The notes: generated by a model from the letters alone, not told the origin. Counted from the first letter of the stretch, positions 1 through 10,212 are shown. The stretch: 64,000 bases of DNA from Alphaproteobacteria bacterium (GCA_965228895.1 OZ245842.1:1312001-1376000), one strand, 5' to 3'. Numbers and translations: made by a program.

Positions 1-1121
1 ATGCCGGGCGCATCGACGACACCGCCGTCGTGGCGGATGCGCCCCTTACGGTCGAACACCGGTACGTCGAGCCAGGAGTAGTCGGATCGGTAACCGGTCG
101 CCCATATCACGGTCTTGATGCTGCCGTCGGCGAGGTTCCGCCGCAGCGGCGGTTCGGCGTCGACCTGGGTCGGCGCGAAGCGGTGCGCCGGATCGACCTC
201 ACTCGCCATGCCGTTTTCCAACGCCCACAGATCGATGCTGTCGAGCAGCCGGTTCATCTTGAGGTCGGCCAGAGCGCATTGGTTGTTCAGCGCACCCGAG
301 AACTGCGCATAACCGTCGCTGATGCCGGCCAAGCGGCCGACGATGGCCACACCGTGGGTGCGTAGCGCGTTGAGATCAAGCGTCGCGCGCTCGGGCGAAC
401 CGATTAGTTGCAGGGAGGGCACGCGCCGGGCGCGCCTGATGTCATCGACCTCGGTGTAGTGCATGTCCATGACGCCAACCGCATCCATCCACCACTTGAT
501 GTCGCGTCCCCGATAAAGGCGCGGCACGCGCACATGCTCGCCGACTGACAACACGACCTGCCGGCCGGACGCTTGTATCTCTTTGGCCAGTTGAACGCCG
601 GTGGCCGACGCGCCGACGACCATGACACCACCCTCGTCCAATTGGCCGGGGTTCTTGTAGTCCATCGGCGTGATGCTTCTGATCGTCCGGGGCAGGGCGC
701 TGGCGCAACCCGGCACGGTCGCCACGTTGCAGGCGCCGTTCGCCAGGACAAGTGTTCGGCAAGACCAGTCGCCGCGATCCGTCATGATCGCATAACCGGC
801 ATCAGATGGGCGCACGGATGTCACGGTCGTGCCGGTCTGGACGGGTGCGGCGATAAGGTTCGCATAGTCCTGCACGAACCGATGAACGTCCGGCATGGTC
901 ATGTAGCCATCCGGATCGTCGCCGTCATAAGCGTAGCCGGGAAGCCGGCTTTGCCAATTGGGCGTCAAAAGCCGCAGGGAGTCCCAGCGTTCGTGACGCC
1001 ATGCATGACCGACCTCGCCGCGCTCGATCAACACGTGGTCGATCGAGCGGTCGGCGAGCTCTTTACTGAAAGCGAGCCCGGATTGTCCGGCGCCGATAAT
1101 GACGGTCGTAACGTGCTTCAC
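1..1121 (-). CDS. FAD/NAD(P)-dependent oxidoreductase, flavin monooxygenase-like (3' end runs off the window)
   Basis: Read manually on the minus strand: GTG at 1121 gives MKHVTTVIIGAGQSG (GxGxxG FAD motif). A second dinucleotide motif VMVVGASATG lies further in. Directly downstream of the OsmC gene. Confidence 0.8.
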   Translation of the reverse strand, partial: MKHVTTVIIGAGQSGLAFSKELADRSIDHVLIERGEVGHAWRHERWDSLRLLTPNWQSRLPGYAYDGDDPDGYMTMPDVHRFVQDYANLIAAPVQTGTTVTSVRPSDAGYAIMTDRGDWSCRTLVLANGACNVATVPGCASALPRTIRSITPMDYKNPGQLDEGGVMVVGASATGVQLAKEIQASGRQVVLSVGEHVRVPRLYRGRDIKWWMDAVGVMDMHYTEVDDIRRARRVPSLQLIGSPERATLDLNALRTHGVAIVGRLAGISDGYAQFSGALNNQCALADLKMNRLLDSIDLWALENGMASEVDPAHRFAPTQVDAEPPLRRNLADGSIKTVIWATGYRSDYSWLDVPVFDRKGRIRHDGGVVDAPG

Positions 1122-1141
1122 GGGCCCGCTCTCGCTACTGA

Positions 1142-1708
1142 CTATTTGTTGACGGTGACGAAGACGTTGGTCGGGTTCGTCACGATGTCGAACACGGCCG
1201 AACGTTTCTGAGACTGGGCGACCAGCGCCTTGATGTCCTCGTCGCTGGCATCGGCGTCGATGTCGAAATTGACGCGAATGGTGCCGAAACCGTTGCGCAC
1301 CTCATCGTCGATGCCAAGGATGCCCTGAAGGTCCATGTCGCCTTCCAAGGTTGCCTTAACCGACTTCAACTGGATGCCACGGTGCTGGGCAACGGCCGCG
1401 ACACCGGCGGTCAAGCAGCTCGCCAGGCCGGACAGGACGATCTCGACGGGCGTTGCCGCATAGTCTTCGGAGGCGAACACCTCGGGGTGGTCGGCTTCGA
1501 TGGTGAAGGACTTGTTGCGCGCCTGTTCCTGGCCAAGGCCAAAGAATTCGCTGATGGTCGAGCGGCTGTGCGTGCCGTTGAGCCATTCGCATGTGGCGCG
1601 CCATTTGAACTGCGCGGCTTCCGGTGCGGCTTCAAGGGCCTCGCGGGCGCCAAGGAGCGCTTCAACGTTGACGCCATTGTTGACGTCGGCGGTGGTGGTC
1701 TGAGTCAT
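1142..1708 (-). CDS. OsmC family peroxiredoxin-like protein
   Basis: Motifs NNGVNV, ADHPEVFA, TPVE..LSGLASCLTAG, GDMDLQGILG..VRNGF and SQKRSAVFD; purine-rich RBS upstream. Confidence 0.9.
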   Translation of the reverse strand: MTQTTTADVNNGVNVEALLGAREALEAAPEAAQFKWRATCEWLNGTHSRSTISEFFGLGQEQARNKSFTIEADHPEVFASEDYAATPVEIVLSGLASCLTAGVAAVAQHRGIQLKSVKATLEGDMDLQGILGIDDEVRNGFGTIRVNFDIDADASDEDIKALVAQSQKRSAVFDIVTNPTNVFVTVNK

Positions 1709-2010
1709 GATTTTCCCCTTCTCAAAGTCTGATGATGGTTGATGCTATCTGCCGTGTGCGCATCCGGGCGACCGCCCGACAGCACACTCACGTAAACCTT
1801 CATGTTCTTAAGGAACCCTCTTTGCTGGCGTGTCAGCGCAGCAGCCTCCAACAGGCTGGAAGGTGGGCGTCGAATGCATCACTTTGATTTCGCGTGAACC
1901 CAAAAAAGGTTTCATTTGTTTCGAGATGCCCACGATTTCGTGAGGTAGACGATGCCTGCCCCTGGGGTCGGCGCCCGAACCATGCCGCTTGATTGGCGGT
2001 CTCGGGCCGC

Positions 2011-2125
2011 CTGGAGCAGATCCTGTTTTGATGGAATCGCTTCGCGATAGCATCAAGGCCGGTGAATCTGCTCTACTCATAGGTGTAACCGCGAAACGGT
2101 TCCATCTCACCATGATCCGCTCTAG
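2011..2125. repeat. Palindromic intergenic repeat element (RIME/BRU-RS-like), copy 1
   Basis: CTGGAGCAGATCC-TGTTTTGATGGAATCGCTTCGCGAT..CATC..GGTGAATCTGCTCTA...GATCCGCTCTAG. The first ~60 nt closely match 58806 onward, and the ends are inverted (CT(A/G)GAGC..GCTCTAG). Confidence 0.75.
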
Positions 2126-2160
2126 CGTTCTGCCCGTCCCATCTCCCGAAGCAGGTTTCC

Positions 2161-4227
2161 GTGAAACGCATCGATCATTGGCTGACGCCGCTTCTGACGC
2201 CGCGCTCTGTCGCCCTTGTCGGCGCCTCGCGCACGGTGTCGTCGATTATGACGACCCTGAATGCGCTGGGCTTCGAGGGCCCGATCTATCCGGTCAACCC
2301 GCGCCGCGACGAGATCGACGGCGTCGCCTGCCATCCCTCCCTCGTGGATCTCCCGGAGCCGGTGGACCTCGCCGTGCTGGCGGTCGCCGACGAGCGGCTC
2401 GAGGAACAGCTCGGACTGGCCATTAAGAGCGGGGCGCGGGCGGCCTCGATCTTCGCAAGCTGTGTGATCGACGAGGAGGCCGAGGTCCCGTTGGCCGAAC
2501 GCCTGACGGCCATGGCGAGGGAGGCCAACCTGCCGATCTCCGGCGGCAACTCCATGGGTTTCTGCAACTACGAAGCCGGCATTCGCATCAATTCCTTTCC
2601 GTTCAGCGACCGCGCGCCCGGCGCCATGACGTTCCTGTCGCAATCGGGCTCCGTGTTTGGCGCGTTCACCAACAACAACCCGCGTCTCGATCTCAATCTT
2701 GCCGTGTCGTGCGGGCGCGAATTGACGGTAAGCGCCGCCGACTACATGGACTACGTGCTTGAGCTCGAGTCGACCGAGGTTATTGGCCTGTTCCTGGAGA
2801 CCATCCGCGACCCCGACGGTTTTGTTGCCGCGTTGCAAAAGGCTGAGCAACGGGGCGTGCCGGTGGTGGCGGTCAAGGCCGGCCGGACCGAGAAGGCGGC
2901 GAAGATGGCGGTGAGCCACTCCGGCGCGCTGGCCGGTAACGATATGGCCCATGACGCGGTCTTCCGCCGTTACGGGCTGCTCCGTGTCGACACACTCGAC
3001 GAGTTGGCGGCCTCGATGCTGATGATGCGGGCTGGGCGTCCGACGGGGCCGGGTGAACTCGCAACCATCCATGAATCCGGCGGCGAGCGTGAGCTCATCG
3101 TTGATCTGGCCGAGGAACTGGGTGTTCCCTTCGCCGAGATCAACGAAACGACCGTCGCGCGGCTTGCCGAGCGCCTGGATTTCGGCCTGGCGCCGGAAAA
3201 CCCCTGCGACGCCTTTGGCACCGGCCACGACTTCGACGGCATGTTGCGCGATTGTTTTCAGGCGTTGGTCGATGACCCGCAGACGGCGCTCGGCGTCTTC
3301 TTCCTCGATCTCAATCAGGACAATTGGTACAGCCCGGCTTGTGCCGCCGCGTGCATGGCGGTGCGCAACAACACGACCAAGCCGGTCGTGCTCGCGACCA
3401 ACTACAGCGCCGTCGATCATCACACGCTCGCCGCCGAGTTGACGGCCGACGGCTTGCCCGTCTTGGATGGCACCGTCGCGGCGCTCAAGGCCGTGCGCCA
3501 TGCCTTCCACCTGCGCGACTGGCGCGAACGGCCCCGTGACATGCCGGAACCGGTCGACGTCGCGGTCAGGGAACGCTGGCGGGCGCGCCTATCCACCGGT
3601 GAACCGTTCGATGAGGCTGAAGGGCTAGCGCTGCTCACCGACTACGACATCGGCGTACCAGAAAGCCGGATTGCCACCACCAAACACGAGGCGGAGGAGG
3701 CGGCCAACAGCTTCGGCTTCCCGGTGGTGATGAAGACAGCGATGCCGGACATCCACCACAAGAGCGATGTCGGCGGCGTTGTGCTTGGTATTACAGACGT
3801 CATCGCGTTGCGCGCGGCTTATGACGACCTCGCCGAACGCCTGGGTCCGCGCGTGCTGGTCGAACCGATGATAAGCGGTGGTGTCGAGCTGGTGCTGGGC
3901 GTCACCATCGATCCGCAGTTCGGACCGATGGTGCTGGTCGGCGCCGGCGGCGTGCTGGTCGAGGTCATGGGCGATGTCGCTGCCTTGGTCGCCCCGGCGC
4001 CCGCCTGGGAGGTGCGCCGGGTGATCGACGGCCTTGCCGTACGCAAGCTGCTCGACGGCGTGCGCGGCGGCCCGCCGCTCGATGCCGAGGCGGCGGTCGA
4101 CGCGGTGGTGCGGTTGTCGATACTCGCAGCCGATCTCGGCGACCTCCTGCAGGAGCTCGACGTCAATCCGCTCCTGGTGCGCGAGGAAGGGGCGGTCGCC
4201 CTGGATGCCCTGGTGGTGCCGGGTTAG
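2161..4227 (+). CDS. Acetate/acyl-CoA ligase (ADP-forming), fused alpha-beta subunits
   Basis: N-terminal CoA-binding PRSVALVGAS, YPVNP, SQSG, AVSHSGALAG (phospho-His) and C-terminal ATP-grasp HKSDVGGV...ELDVNPL. Confidence 0.9.
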   Translation: MKRIDHWLTPLLTPRSVALVGASRTVSSIMTTLNALGFEGPIYPVNPRRDEIDGVACHPSLVDLPEPVDLAVLAVADERLEEQLGLAIKSGARAASIFASCVIDEEAEVPLAERLTAMAREANLPISGGNSMGFCNYEAGIRINSFPFSDRAPGAMTFLSQSGSVFGAFTNNNPRLDLNLAVSCGRELTVSAADYMDYVLELESTEVIGLFLETIRDPDGFVAALQKAEQRGVPVVAVKAGRTEKAAKMAVSHSGALAGNDMAHDAVFRRYGLLRVDTLDELAASMLMMRAGRPTGPGELATIHESGGERELIVDLAEELGVPFAEINETTVARLAERLDFGLAPENPCDAFGTGHDFDGMLRDCFQALVDDPQTALGVFFLDLNQDNWYSPACAAACMAVRNNTTKPVVLATNYSAVDHHTLAAELTADGLPVLDGTVAALKAVRHAFHLRDWRERPRDMPEPVDVAVRERWRARLSTGEPFDEAEGLALLTDYDIGVPESRIATTKHEAEEAANSFGFPVVMKTAMPDIHHKSDVGGVVLGITDVIALRAAYDDLAERLGPRVLVEPMISGGVELVLGVTIDPQFGPMVLVGAGGVLVEVMGDVAALVAPAPAWEVRRVIDGLAVRKLLDGVRGGPPLDAEAAVDAVVRLSILAADLGDLLQELDVNPLLVREEGAVALDALVVPG

Positions 4228-4317
4228 ACCCAACGAGTCGCTGGATTCAGCGTGGCGTTGCAGAGTGTGCTCGCTGTTCCCGCTGGGATAGGTGCGCTGG
4301 CCGACCGGAACATCCGT

Positions 4318-4332
4318 GTTCTTTCTTTGTTT
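4318..4332. promoter_or_regulatory. Possible second alphaproteobacterial LexA box (GTTC-N7-GTTT)
   Basis: GTTC tttcttt GTTT, one mismatch to GTTC-N7-GTTC, in the imuA upstream region. Confidence 0.35.
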
Positions 4333-4467
4333 GTCACGATGATGTCAGCATAAGGTCGTCGGTGTCATCTTAGATGTCCTCCTTTCTATTTGTTTTTAAT
4401 GGGGAAATCCGTTTCGTATGCTGATTTCCGGATAACCTGCGGGCATCGGGCAAGACCTTTCACCGGC

Positions 4468-4505
4468 TTGACAATGTCACCATAGAATGAGAACAAAAAG
4501 TGAAT
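4468..4505 (+). promoter_or_regulatory. SOS promoter of imuA: TTGACA -35 (4468-4473) and LexA box GAAC-N7-GAAT (4491-4505)
   Basis: Perfect -35 hexamer. The alpha-type LexA box begins 17 nt downstream, over the expected -10, and ends 22 nt before the imuA ATG. Confidence 0.75.
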
Positions 4506-4527
4506 AAAAGACTGATCGAGGCTATCC

Positions 4528-5364
4528 ATGACGGTGCGGGCGGTGCTCCGTGACGACGATCGAAGGCAGCAGACGCTTGCCGCGCTCAGGGCGTGTCTGG
4601 CCGAGGTCGAGACGACGGCGCAGGCGGGGCCGTCGGCCGGGCGTTGGACCTTCGGTGATCAGACGCTCGATGACACGTTTGCCGGTGATGTTCTGTTGCG
4701 TGACCGCCTGCATGAGGTGAGACCCGCGGCCTTTGGCGACGGCGCGGCGGCGGCCGGGTTTGCCGTAGCGCTTTGTTTGCGTCTGCAGCGGGCCTGCGGG
4801 CCGGGCTTCGTCCTGTGGTGCGACCGCTTCGCCGGCATGCGCCAGGCGGGCGCGCTTTATGGCCCGGGCCTCGTCGACCTGGGTCTTGATCCCGGCCGCC
4901 TGATCCATGTCGCCCTGCGCCGCGACATCGATGTCTTCTGGGCGATGGAGGAGGGGTTGCGCAGCCGCGCGCCGGTCGCCGTCGTCGGCGAGGTCGCAGA
5001 AGCGGACCTGACCGCAAGCCGACGTCTGAGCTTGGCCGCTCAGGAAACCGGCATCACGCCGTTCCTGATCCGTGGCGCCGCCGATCAAAGCGCCAGCGCC
5101 GCCTGGACCCGCTGGGCGGTCGCCGCGGCGCCCAGCGCGGCGGATCAATTTGAACCCCGTGCGCCCGGACGCACGCGATGGCAGATCGAACTGTTGCGCT
5201 CGCGCGCCGGGGCGCGCCCGCAAAGCTGGACCCTGGAATGGTCGCATGAGACGCATCGTTTCGCTGTGGCTGCCGGCCTGGCCGATCGAACGCTGGCGCC
5301 GCGCGCTTCTGCGGCGCCGGGCGTTATCGCGCCCTTCGCCGCCGGCCAGCGCCGGACCGCGTAA
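4528..5364 (+). CDS. imuA: ImuA, RecA-like mutasome accessory protein
   Basis: LHEV, LYGPGL..LGLDP.RLI, WAMEEGLR, LTASRRLSLAA, SAAWTRW and RWQIELLRSR; first gene of the cassette. Confidence 0.9.
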   Translation: MTVRAVLRDDDRRQQTLAALRACLAEVETTAQAGPSAGRWTFGDQTLDDTFAGDVLLRDRLHEVRPAAFGDGAAAAGFAVALCLRLQRACGPGFVLWCDRFAGMRQAGALYGPGLVDLGLDPGRLIHVALRRDIDVFWAMEEGLRSRAPVAVVGEVAEADLTASRRLSLAAQETGITPFLIRGAADQSASAAWTRWAVAAAPSAADQFEPRAPGRTRWQIELLRSRAGARPQSWTLEWSHETHRFAVAAGLADRTLAPRASAAPGVIAPFAAGQRRTA

Positions 5365-6844
5365 GCCCTTTGTCCTCGTCCGCAAACAGGCTCAAGGGCT
5401 GCGCCTCTACGCGGTCAACGCGCCGGCCGCCAGCGACGGCCTCACGCCGGGCATGGCGCTCAGCGACGCGCGCGCCATCGTGCCGGATTTGGCCAGCGCG
5501 CCCGCCGACCTCGCCGCCGACCGGCGCGCGCTCAACCGGCTGGCCCGTTGGTGCAGCCGCTACAGTCCCTGGGTCGCGGTCGATCTCAGCCATGACGAGG
5601 AACCGGACGGCATCTGGATCGACACGACCGGCTGCGACCACCTGTTCGGCGGCGAGGCGGCGATGCTACAGGACATGAACGAACGTCTGGCAAAGGCCGA
5701 CATCACCGCGCGCCTGGGTCTGGCCGCGACGCCGGGCGCGGCCTGGGCCATCGCGCGTCATGGCGGTGAAGCCATCGTGGGGGACAACGACAGCAAGGCC
5801 GCGTTGGCGCACCTGCGGGTCGAAGGCTTGCGTCTCTCCCGGGACGTCAGCGCCGACCTCCACCGGTTCGGGCTGCGCCGTATCGGCGATCTCTACGATC
5901 TCCCGCGCGACGCGCTCTACCGCCGTTTCGATGCCCGCGACAGCGCTCAGGCGGTGATGCGCCGCCTGGACCAGGCGCTCGGCAAGGTCGAGGAGCCGAT
6001 CGTACCCATGGCCATGCCGCCGGTCCTGCGCGTCAGCCGCAACTGTGCCGAGCCGATCTTCGACCTGCCGGTGATCGAGCGGGTGCTGGCCGAGTTGCTG
6101 GACGATCTGATGCCGGCGCTGGAAGAACGTCAGCAAGGTGCGCGCACGCTTGTTTTCACCGCCTACCGGGTCGACGGCACGGTCTTCCCGCTGACCGTCG
6201 CGACCTCGGTACCGAGCCGCGACACCCGCCATTTCCAGCGTCTGTTTGCCGAGCGCCTGGAGACGATCGATCCCGGCTTCGGTATCGATCTTCTGGTGCT
6301 TGGCGTCGGCCGTGCGGAGGCCATGACACCGCGTCAGAAATCCTGGTCGTTGGCTGACCATAACGTACCCGAACGTCGTTCCCTTGCGCCCCTGATCGAT
6401 CGCCTGATCAACCGCTTCGGGCCGGACCGTGTGCTGTGGCGCGAGCCCTATGAAAGCCACATCCCCGAGCGCGCCGAGCGGCGCCGTTCGGCGCTGGCCG
6501 GTACACCATGCGAGGATCTGGTCTGGCCGACGGATCGCCCGCCGCGTCCCTTACGCCTGTTCGACCAGCCCGAAAGCGTCGAGGTCATGGCCGAGGTGCC
6601 GGACGGCCCGCCGATCCGCTTCCGTTGGCGCCGGCAGATCCATGACGTCAAACGCGCCGAGGGGCCCGAACGGATCGGCCCGGAATGGTGGGCAAAGAAC
6701 GAGCCCGGCGCACGCGGCACCCGCGACTATTTCCGGGTCGAGGACGAAACCGGCCGGCGTTTCTGGCTCTACCGCGATGGCCTTTACGAGGGCGAGGCGC
6801 GGGACGGGCCGCCGCGCTGGTATGTGCACGGATTGTTTGCCTGA
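5246..6844 (+). CDS. imuB: ImuB, inactive Y-family polymerase
   Basis: Start reassigned to MRRIVSLWLP. Motifs GMALSDARA, RYSPWVA, DTTGCDHLFGGE and C-terminal GPERIGPEWW...RDYFRVED..GRRFWLYR..WYVHGLFA. Confidence 0.92.
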   Translation: MRRIVSLWLPAWPIERWRRALLRRRALSRPSPPASAGPRKPFVLVRKQAQGLRLYAVNAPAASDGLTPGMALSDARAIVPDLASAPADLAADRRALNRLARWCSRYSPWVAVDLSHDEEPDGIWIDTTGCDHLFGGEAAMLQDMNERLAKADITARLGLAATPGAAWAIARHGGEAIVGDNDSKAALAHLRVEGLRLSRDVSADLHRFGLRRIGDLYDLPRDALYRRFDARDSAQAVMRRLDQALGKVEEPIVPMAMPPVLRVSRNCAEPIFDLPVIERVLAELLDDLMPALEERQQGARTLVFTAYRVDGTVFPLTVATSVPSRDTRHFQRLFAERLETIDPGFGIDLLVLGVGRAEAMTPRQKSWSLADHNVPERRSLAPLIDRLINRFGPDRVLWREPYESHIPERAERRRSALAGTPCEDLVWPTDRPPRPLRLFDQPESVEVMAEVPDGPPIRFRWRRQIHDVKRAEGPERIGPEWWAKNEPGARGTRDYFRVEDETGRRFWLYRDGLYEGEARDGPPRWYVHGLFA

Positions 6845-6851
6845 GGTCGCC

Positions 6852-9800
6852 ATGGATTACGCCGAGCTGCAGGTCACCAGCAACTTCTCTTTTCTGCGTG
6901 GCGCCTCGCACCCGGAGGAACTGGTGGTGCGCGCCAAGGAACTGGGCATGACGGCGATCGCGGTCACCGACCGCAATACGCTGGCCGGCGTGGTGCGCGC
7001 CCACACCGCGGCCAAGAAACACGGCATGAAATTCGTTGTCGGCTGCCGGCTCGATCTGATGGATGGCACCGCGCTGCTTTGTTACCCGACCGACCGGGCG
7101 GCCTATGGCCGACTCTGCCGCCTCTTGAGCCTGGGCAAGACTCGCGCGCCCAAGGGCGAATGCCACCTGACCCTGGAAGATGTTGTGGCCCATGCGGAAG
7201 GCCAGATCTTCATGATCGTGCCGCCGGAAAGCTGGTCTCAGGACGATTTTATCGCCCAGGTCCGCACAATCTCCGAACGGCTGCGCGAGCCCTGTTATCT
7301 CGCCGCCAGCAAGCTCTATCGCGGTGACGACCGGGCGCGGATCGCGCGTCTGACCCAGGTGGCGGAAGCCGCCGGCACGCCTTTGGTCGCGACCGGCGAT
7401 ATCCATTACCACGTACCCCGGCGCCGTCCCCTACAGGATGTCGTCACCTGTATCCGCGAGGGTTGCCGGATCTACGATGCCGGCCACCGGCTTCACGCCA
7501 ACGCGGAACGGCACTTGAAGGCGCCGGAAGAAATGGCGCGTCTGTTCGGCCTGTGGCCGGACGCGCTGGCGCGTACCAACGAGATCATCGCGCGCTGCAC
7601 CTTCTCGCTCGACGAGCTGCGTTACAACTACCCCGACGAACCGGTGCCGCCGGGCAAGACGCCGCAGGCCCATCTTGAAGACCTCAGCTGGAAGGGTGCG
7701 GCCACGCGTTATCCCGAGGGCGTGCCCGACAAGATACGTGCGGCCCTAGAGAAAGAGCTCGCGCTGATCGACCAGCTCAACTACGCGCCCTATTTCCTCA
7801 CCGTCTACGACATCGTCTATTGGGCGCGTAGCCAGGAGATCCTGTGCCAGGGCAGGGGGTCGGCGGCCAACTCGGTGGTCTGCTATTGCCTCTTTATCAC
7901 CTCGGTCAACCCGGATGAGGTCGACCTGTTGTTCGAGCGATTCATCTCGGCCTCGCGCAACGAACCGCCGGATATCGATGTCGACTTCGAGCACGAGCGG
8001 CGCGAAGAGGTGATGCAGTACATCTATGAGCGCTACGGACGCCAGCGCGCCGGCATCGCCGCGACGGTCATCAGCTATCGCGCCCGAAGCGCGATCCGCG
8101 AGGTGACGAAGGTCATGGGACTCAGCGAAGACGTGCAGAACGCGCTCGCCAGCACGGTCTGGGGCTGGTCCGATGACGGCATCCCCGACGAGCATGTCCG
8201 CGAGGCCGGTCTCAACCCTGCCGATCCGACGCTCAGGCGCGCCATTGCGTTGGCCACCGAACTCACCGGGTTCCCGCGTCATCTCTCCCAGCATGTCGGC
8301 GGTTTTGTGCTGACCCAGGACCCGCTCAGTGAAGTCGTGCCGATCGGCAACGCGGCCATGAAGGACCGCACCTTCGTCGAATGGGACAAGGACGATTTGA
8401 GCGCGCTCAATATCCTGAAGATCGATGTCCTGGCGCTCGGCATGCTGACCTGCATCCGCAAATGCTTCGACCTGATGGTGAGGCATCGCGGCGTCGACCG
8501 TAACCTCGCCAGCTTCTTCCCGATGGACGACACCGCGACCTACGACATGCTGTGCCGCGCCGATTCCCTCGGCGTCTTCCAGGTCGAAAGCCGCGCGCAG
8601 ATGAACATGCTGCCGCGCTTGAAACCCCGCATCTTTTATGACCTCGTGATCGAGGTCGCGATCGTCCGGCCGGGGCCGATCCAGGGCGACATGGTGCACC
8701 CTTACCTGCGTCGGCGCGACGGTATCGAGGAGGTAACCTATCCCGCCCCCGACCCCGCCCATGGCGACGCCGACGAGCTGCGCCGTGTTTTGGGCAAGAC
8801 CATGGGCGTGCCGATCTTCCAGGAACAGGCCATGCGCATCGCCATCGACGCCGCCAAGTTCACCGGTGACGAAGCCAACGAACTGCGCCACGCCATGGCG
8901 ACCTTCCGCCGGCGCGGCACCATCGAAACGCTGGAAGAAAAGATGATCGGGCGCATGATCGAACGCGGTTACGAGCCTGAATTCGCCCAGCGCTGTTTCG
9001 ACCAGATCAAGGGGTTCGGCGAATACGGTTTCCCGGAAAGCCACGCGGCAAGCTTCGCGCTGCTCGTCTATGTCTCCTCATGGATCAAGTGTCACGAGCC
9101 CGCCGTCTTCTGTTGCGGGTTGTTGAACGCGCAGCCCATGGGCTTCTACGCACCCGCCCAGATCGTGCGCGACGCGCGCGAGCATGGCGTCGAGGTGCGC
9201 CATGTCGATATCAACAAGAGCGATTGGGACAACACAATCGAGCCTTGCCCCGACTCCAACGGCGGCCTTGCCGTGCGTCTGGGCTTCCGGCAGATCAAGG
9301 GCATGAGCCAGGAGGCGGCGGAAAAGATCATGGAAGCGCGGGGTTCGGGCTACGCGGATGTCGACGAGCTGCACGCGCGCGCCGGCGTGCCGCGTTCCGT
9401 GCTGGAGCGCCTGGCCGCCGCCGATGCGTTCGGTTCCCTCAAGATCGACCGGCGCCAGGCGCTGTGGCGGGTGAAGGCGCTGCCCGACACGGTGGCGCTG
9501 CCGCTGTTCCTGGCCGCCGATACGCGCGATGCCGGACCGGAGGCCGAGGTGACCTTGCCGGCCATGGCGCTTTCCGAACACGTGGTCGACGACTACCAGA
9601 GCCTGCGGTTATCCCTGAAGGCGCATCCGCTTGCCTTCCTGCGCGAGGATTTCGCCCGGCGCGGCGTGATACCGACCACCGACCTCAGAGAGCTCAAGAA
9701 CGGTGCGCGCGTCATGGTCGCGGGTATCATCATCGTGCGCCAGCGCCCGGGCAGCGCCAAGGGCGTTGTTTTCATGACCATGGAGGACGAGGCCGGCATT

Positions 9801-10175
9801 GCCAACGCGGTGGTCTGGCCGAAGGTGAAGGAAAAGTACCGCAAGGTGGTGATGGGCAGCCGCCTGGTCATGGTGAAGGGCCGCATCCAGCGCCACGAGG
9901 ACATCATCCACGTGGTCGCCGACCATCTGGAAGACTGGTCGGTCGAGCTGCTGCGATTGTCGGAGCAGGGTATCGATCTGAAACCCGCATTGGCCCATGC
10001 CGACGAGGTCAGGCGGCCAGGAAAAGATCCCTACCAGACCGAACTGCTGCCCCCGCCGGCCTATCAACTCCCCAAGACCGGGAAATCGGACGCCGCGCGC
10101 CTGCCGCCCTTCACGCCGGGCCGCCATCCACGCTCGCTCCGCGATCTCGTGCCGAAATCACGCGATTTCCACTAG
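6852..10175 (+). CDS. dnaE2: Error-prone DNA polymerase DnaE2 (ImuC)
   Basis: MDYAELQVTSNFSFLRGASHPEELV, QGRGSAANS, PPDIDVDFEH, GFPRHLSQHVGG, GFPESHA and the diagnostic C-terminal SRDFH. Confidence 0.97.
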   Translation: MDYAELQVTSNFSFLRGASHPEELVVRAKELGMTAIAVTDRNTLAGVVRAHTAAKKHGMKFVVGCRLDLMDGTALLCYPTDRAAYGRLCRLLSLGKTRAPKGECHLTLEDVVAHAEGQIFMIVPPESWSQDDFIAQVRTISERLREPCYLAASKLYRGDDRARIARLTQVAEAAGTPLVATGDIHYHVPRRRPLQDVVTCIREGCRIYDAGHRLHANAERHLKAPEEMARLFGLWPDALARTNEIIARCTFSLDELRYNYPDEPVPPGKTPQAHLEDLSWKGAATRYPEGVPDKIRAALEKELALIDQLNYAPYFLTVYDIVYWARSQEILCQGRGSAANSVVCYCLFITSVNPDEVDLLFERFISASRNEPPDIDVDFEHERREEVMQYIYERYGRQRAGIAATVISYRARSAIREVTKVMGLSEDVQNALASTVWGWSDDGIPDEHVREAGLNPADPTLRRAIALATELTGFPRHLSQHVGGFVLTQDPLSEVVPIGNAAMKDRTFVEWDKDDLSALNILKIDVLALGMLTCIRKCFDLMVRHRGVDRNLASFFPMDDTATYDMLCRADSLGVFQVESRAQMNMLPRLKPRIFYDLVIEVAIVRPGPIQGDMVHPYLRRRDGIEEVTYPAPDPAHGDADELRRVLGKTMGVPIFQEQAMRIAIDAAKFTGDEANELRHAMATFRRRGTIETLEEKMIGRMIERGYEPEFAQRCFDQIKGFGEYGFPESHAASFALLVYVSSWIKCHEPAVFCCGLLNAQPMGFYAPAQIVRDAREHGVEVRHVDINKSDWDNTIEPCPDSNGGLAVRLGFRQIKGMSQEAAEKIMEARGSGYADVDELHARAGVPRSVLERLAAADAFGSLKIDRRQALWRVKALPDTVALPLFLAADTRDAGPEAEVTLPAMALSEHVVDDYQSLRLSLKAHPLAFLREDFARRGVIPTTDLRELKNGARVMVAGIIIVRQRPGSAKGVVFMTMEDEAGIANAVVWPKVKEKYRKVVMGSRLVMVKGRIQRHEDIIHVVADHLEDWSVELLRLSEQGIDLKPALAHADEVRRPGKDPYQTELLPPPAYQLPKTGKSDAARLPPFTPGRHPRSLRDLVPKSRDFH

Positions 10176-10212
10176 GACGTGTTCTCGTTCACTGCGGCGG
10201 CGCACCCGCCAG

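Noticed and set aside
1808-2113. Short ORFs in the OsmC/acyl-CoA ligase intergenic region
   Set aside because: They overlap the palindromic repeat and have no motifs or convincing RBS.
2122-3510. Long antisense ORFs (also 7746-9044, 22742-23830, 50665-51804 and others)
   Set aside because: These are shadow ORFs opposite well-supported genes, expected in high-GC DNA, and carry no recognisable motifs.
6429-6851. N-terminal extension of DnaE2 in the ORF track
   Set aside because: It overlaps imuB; the conserved DnaE2 N-terminus begins at ATG 6852.
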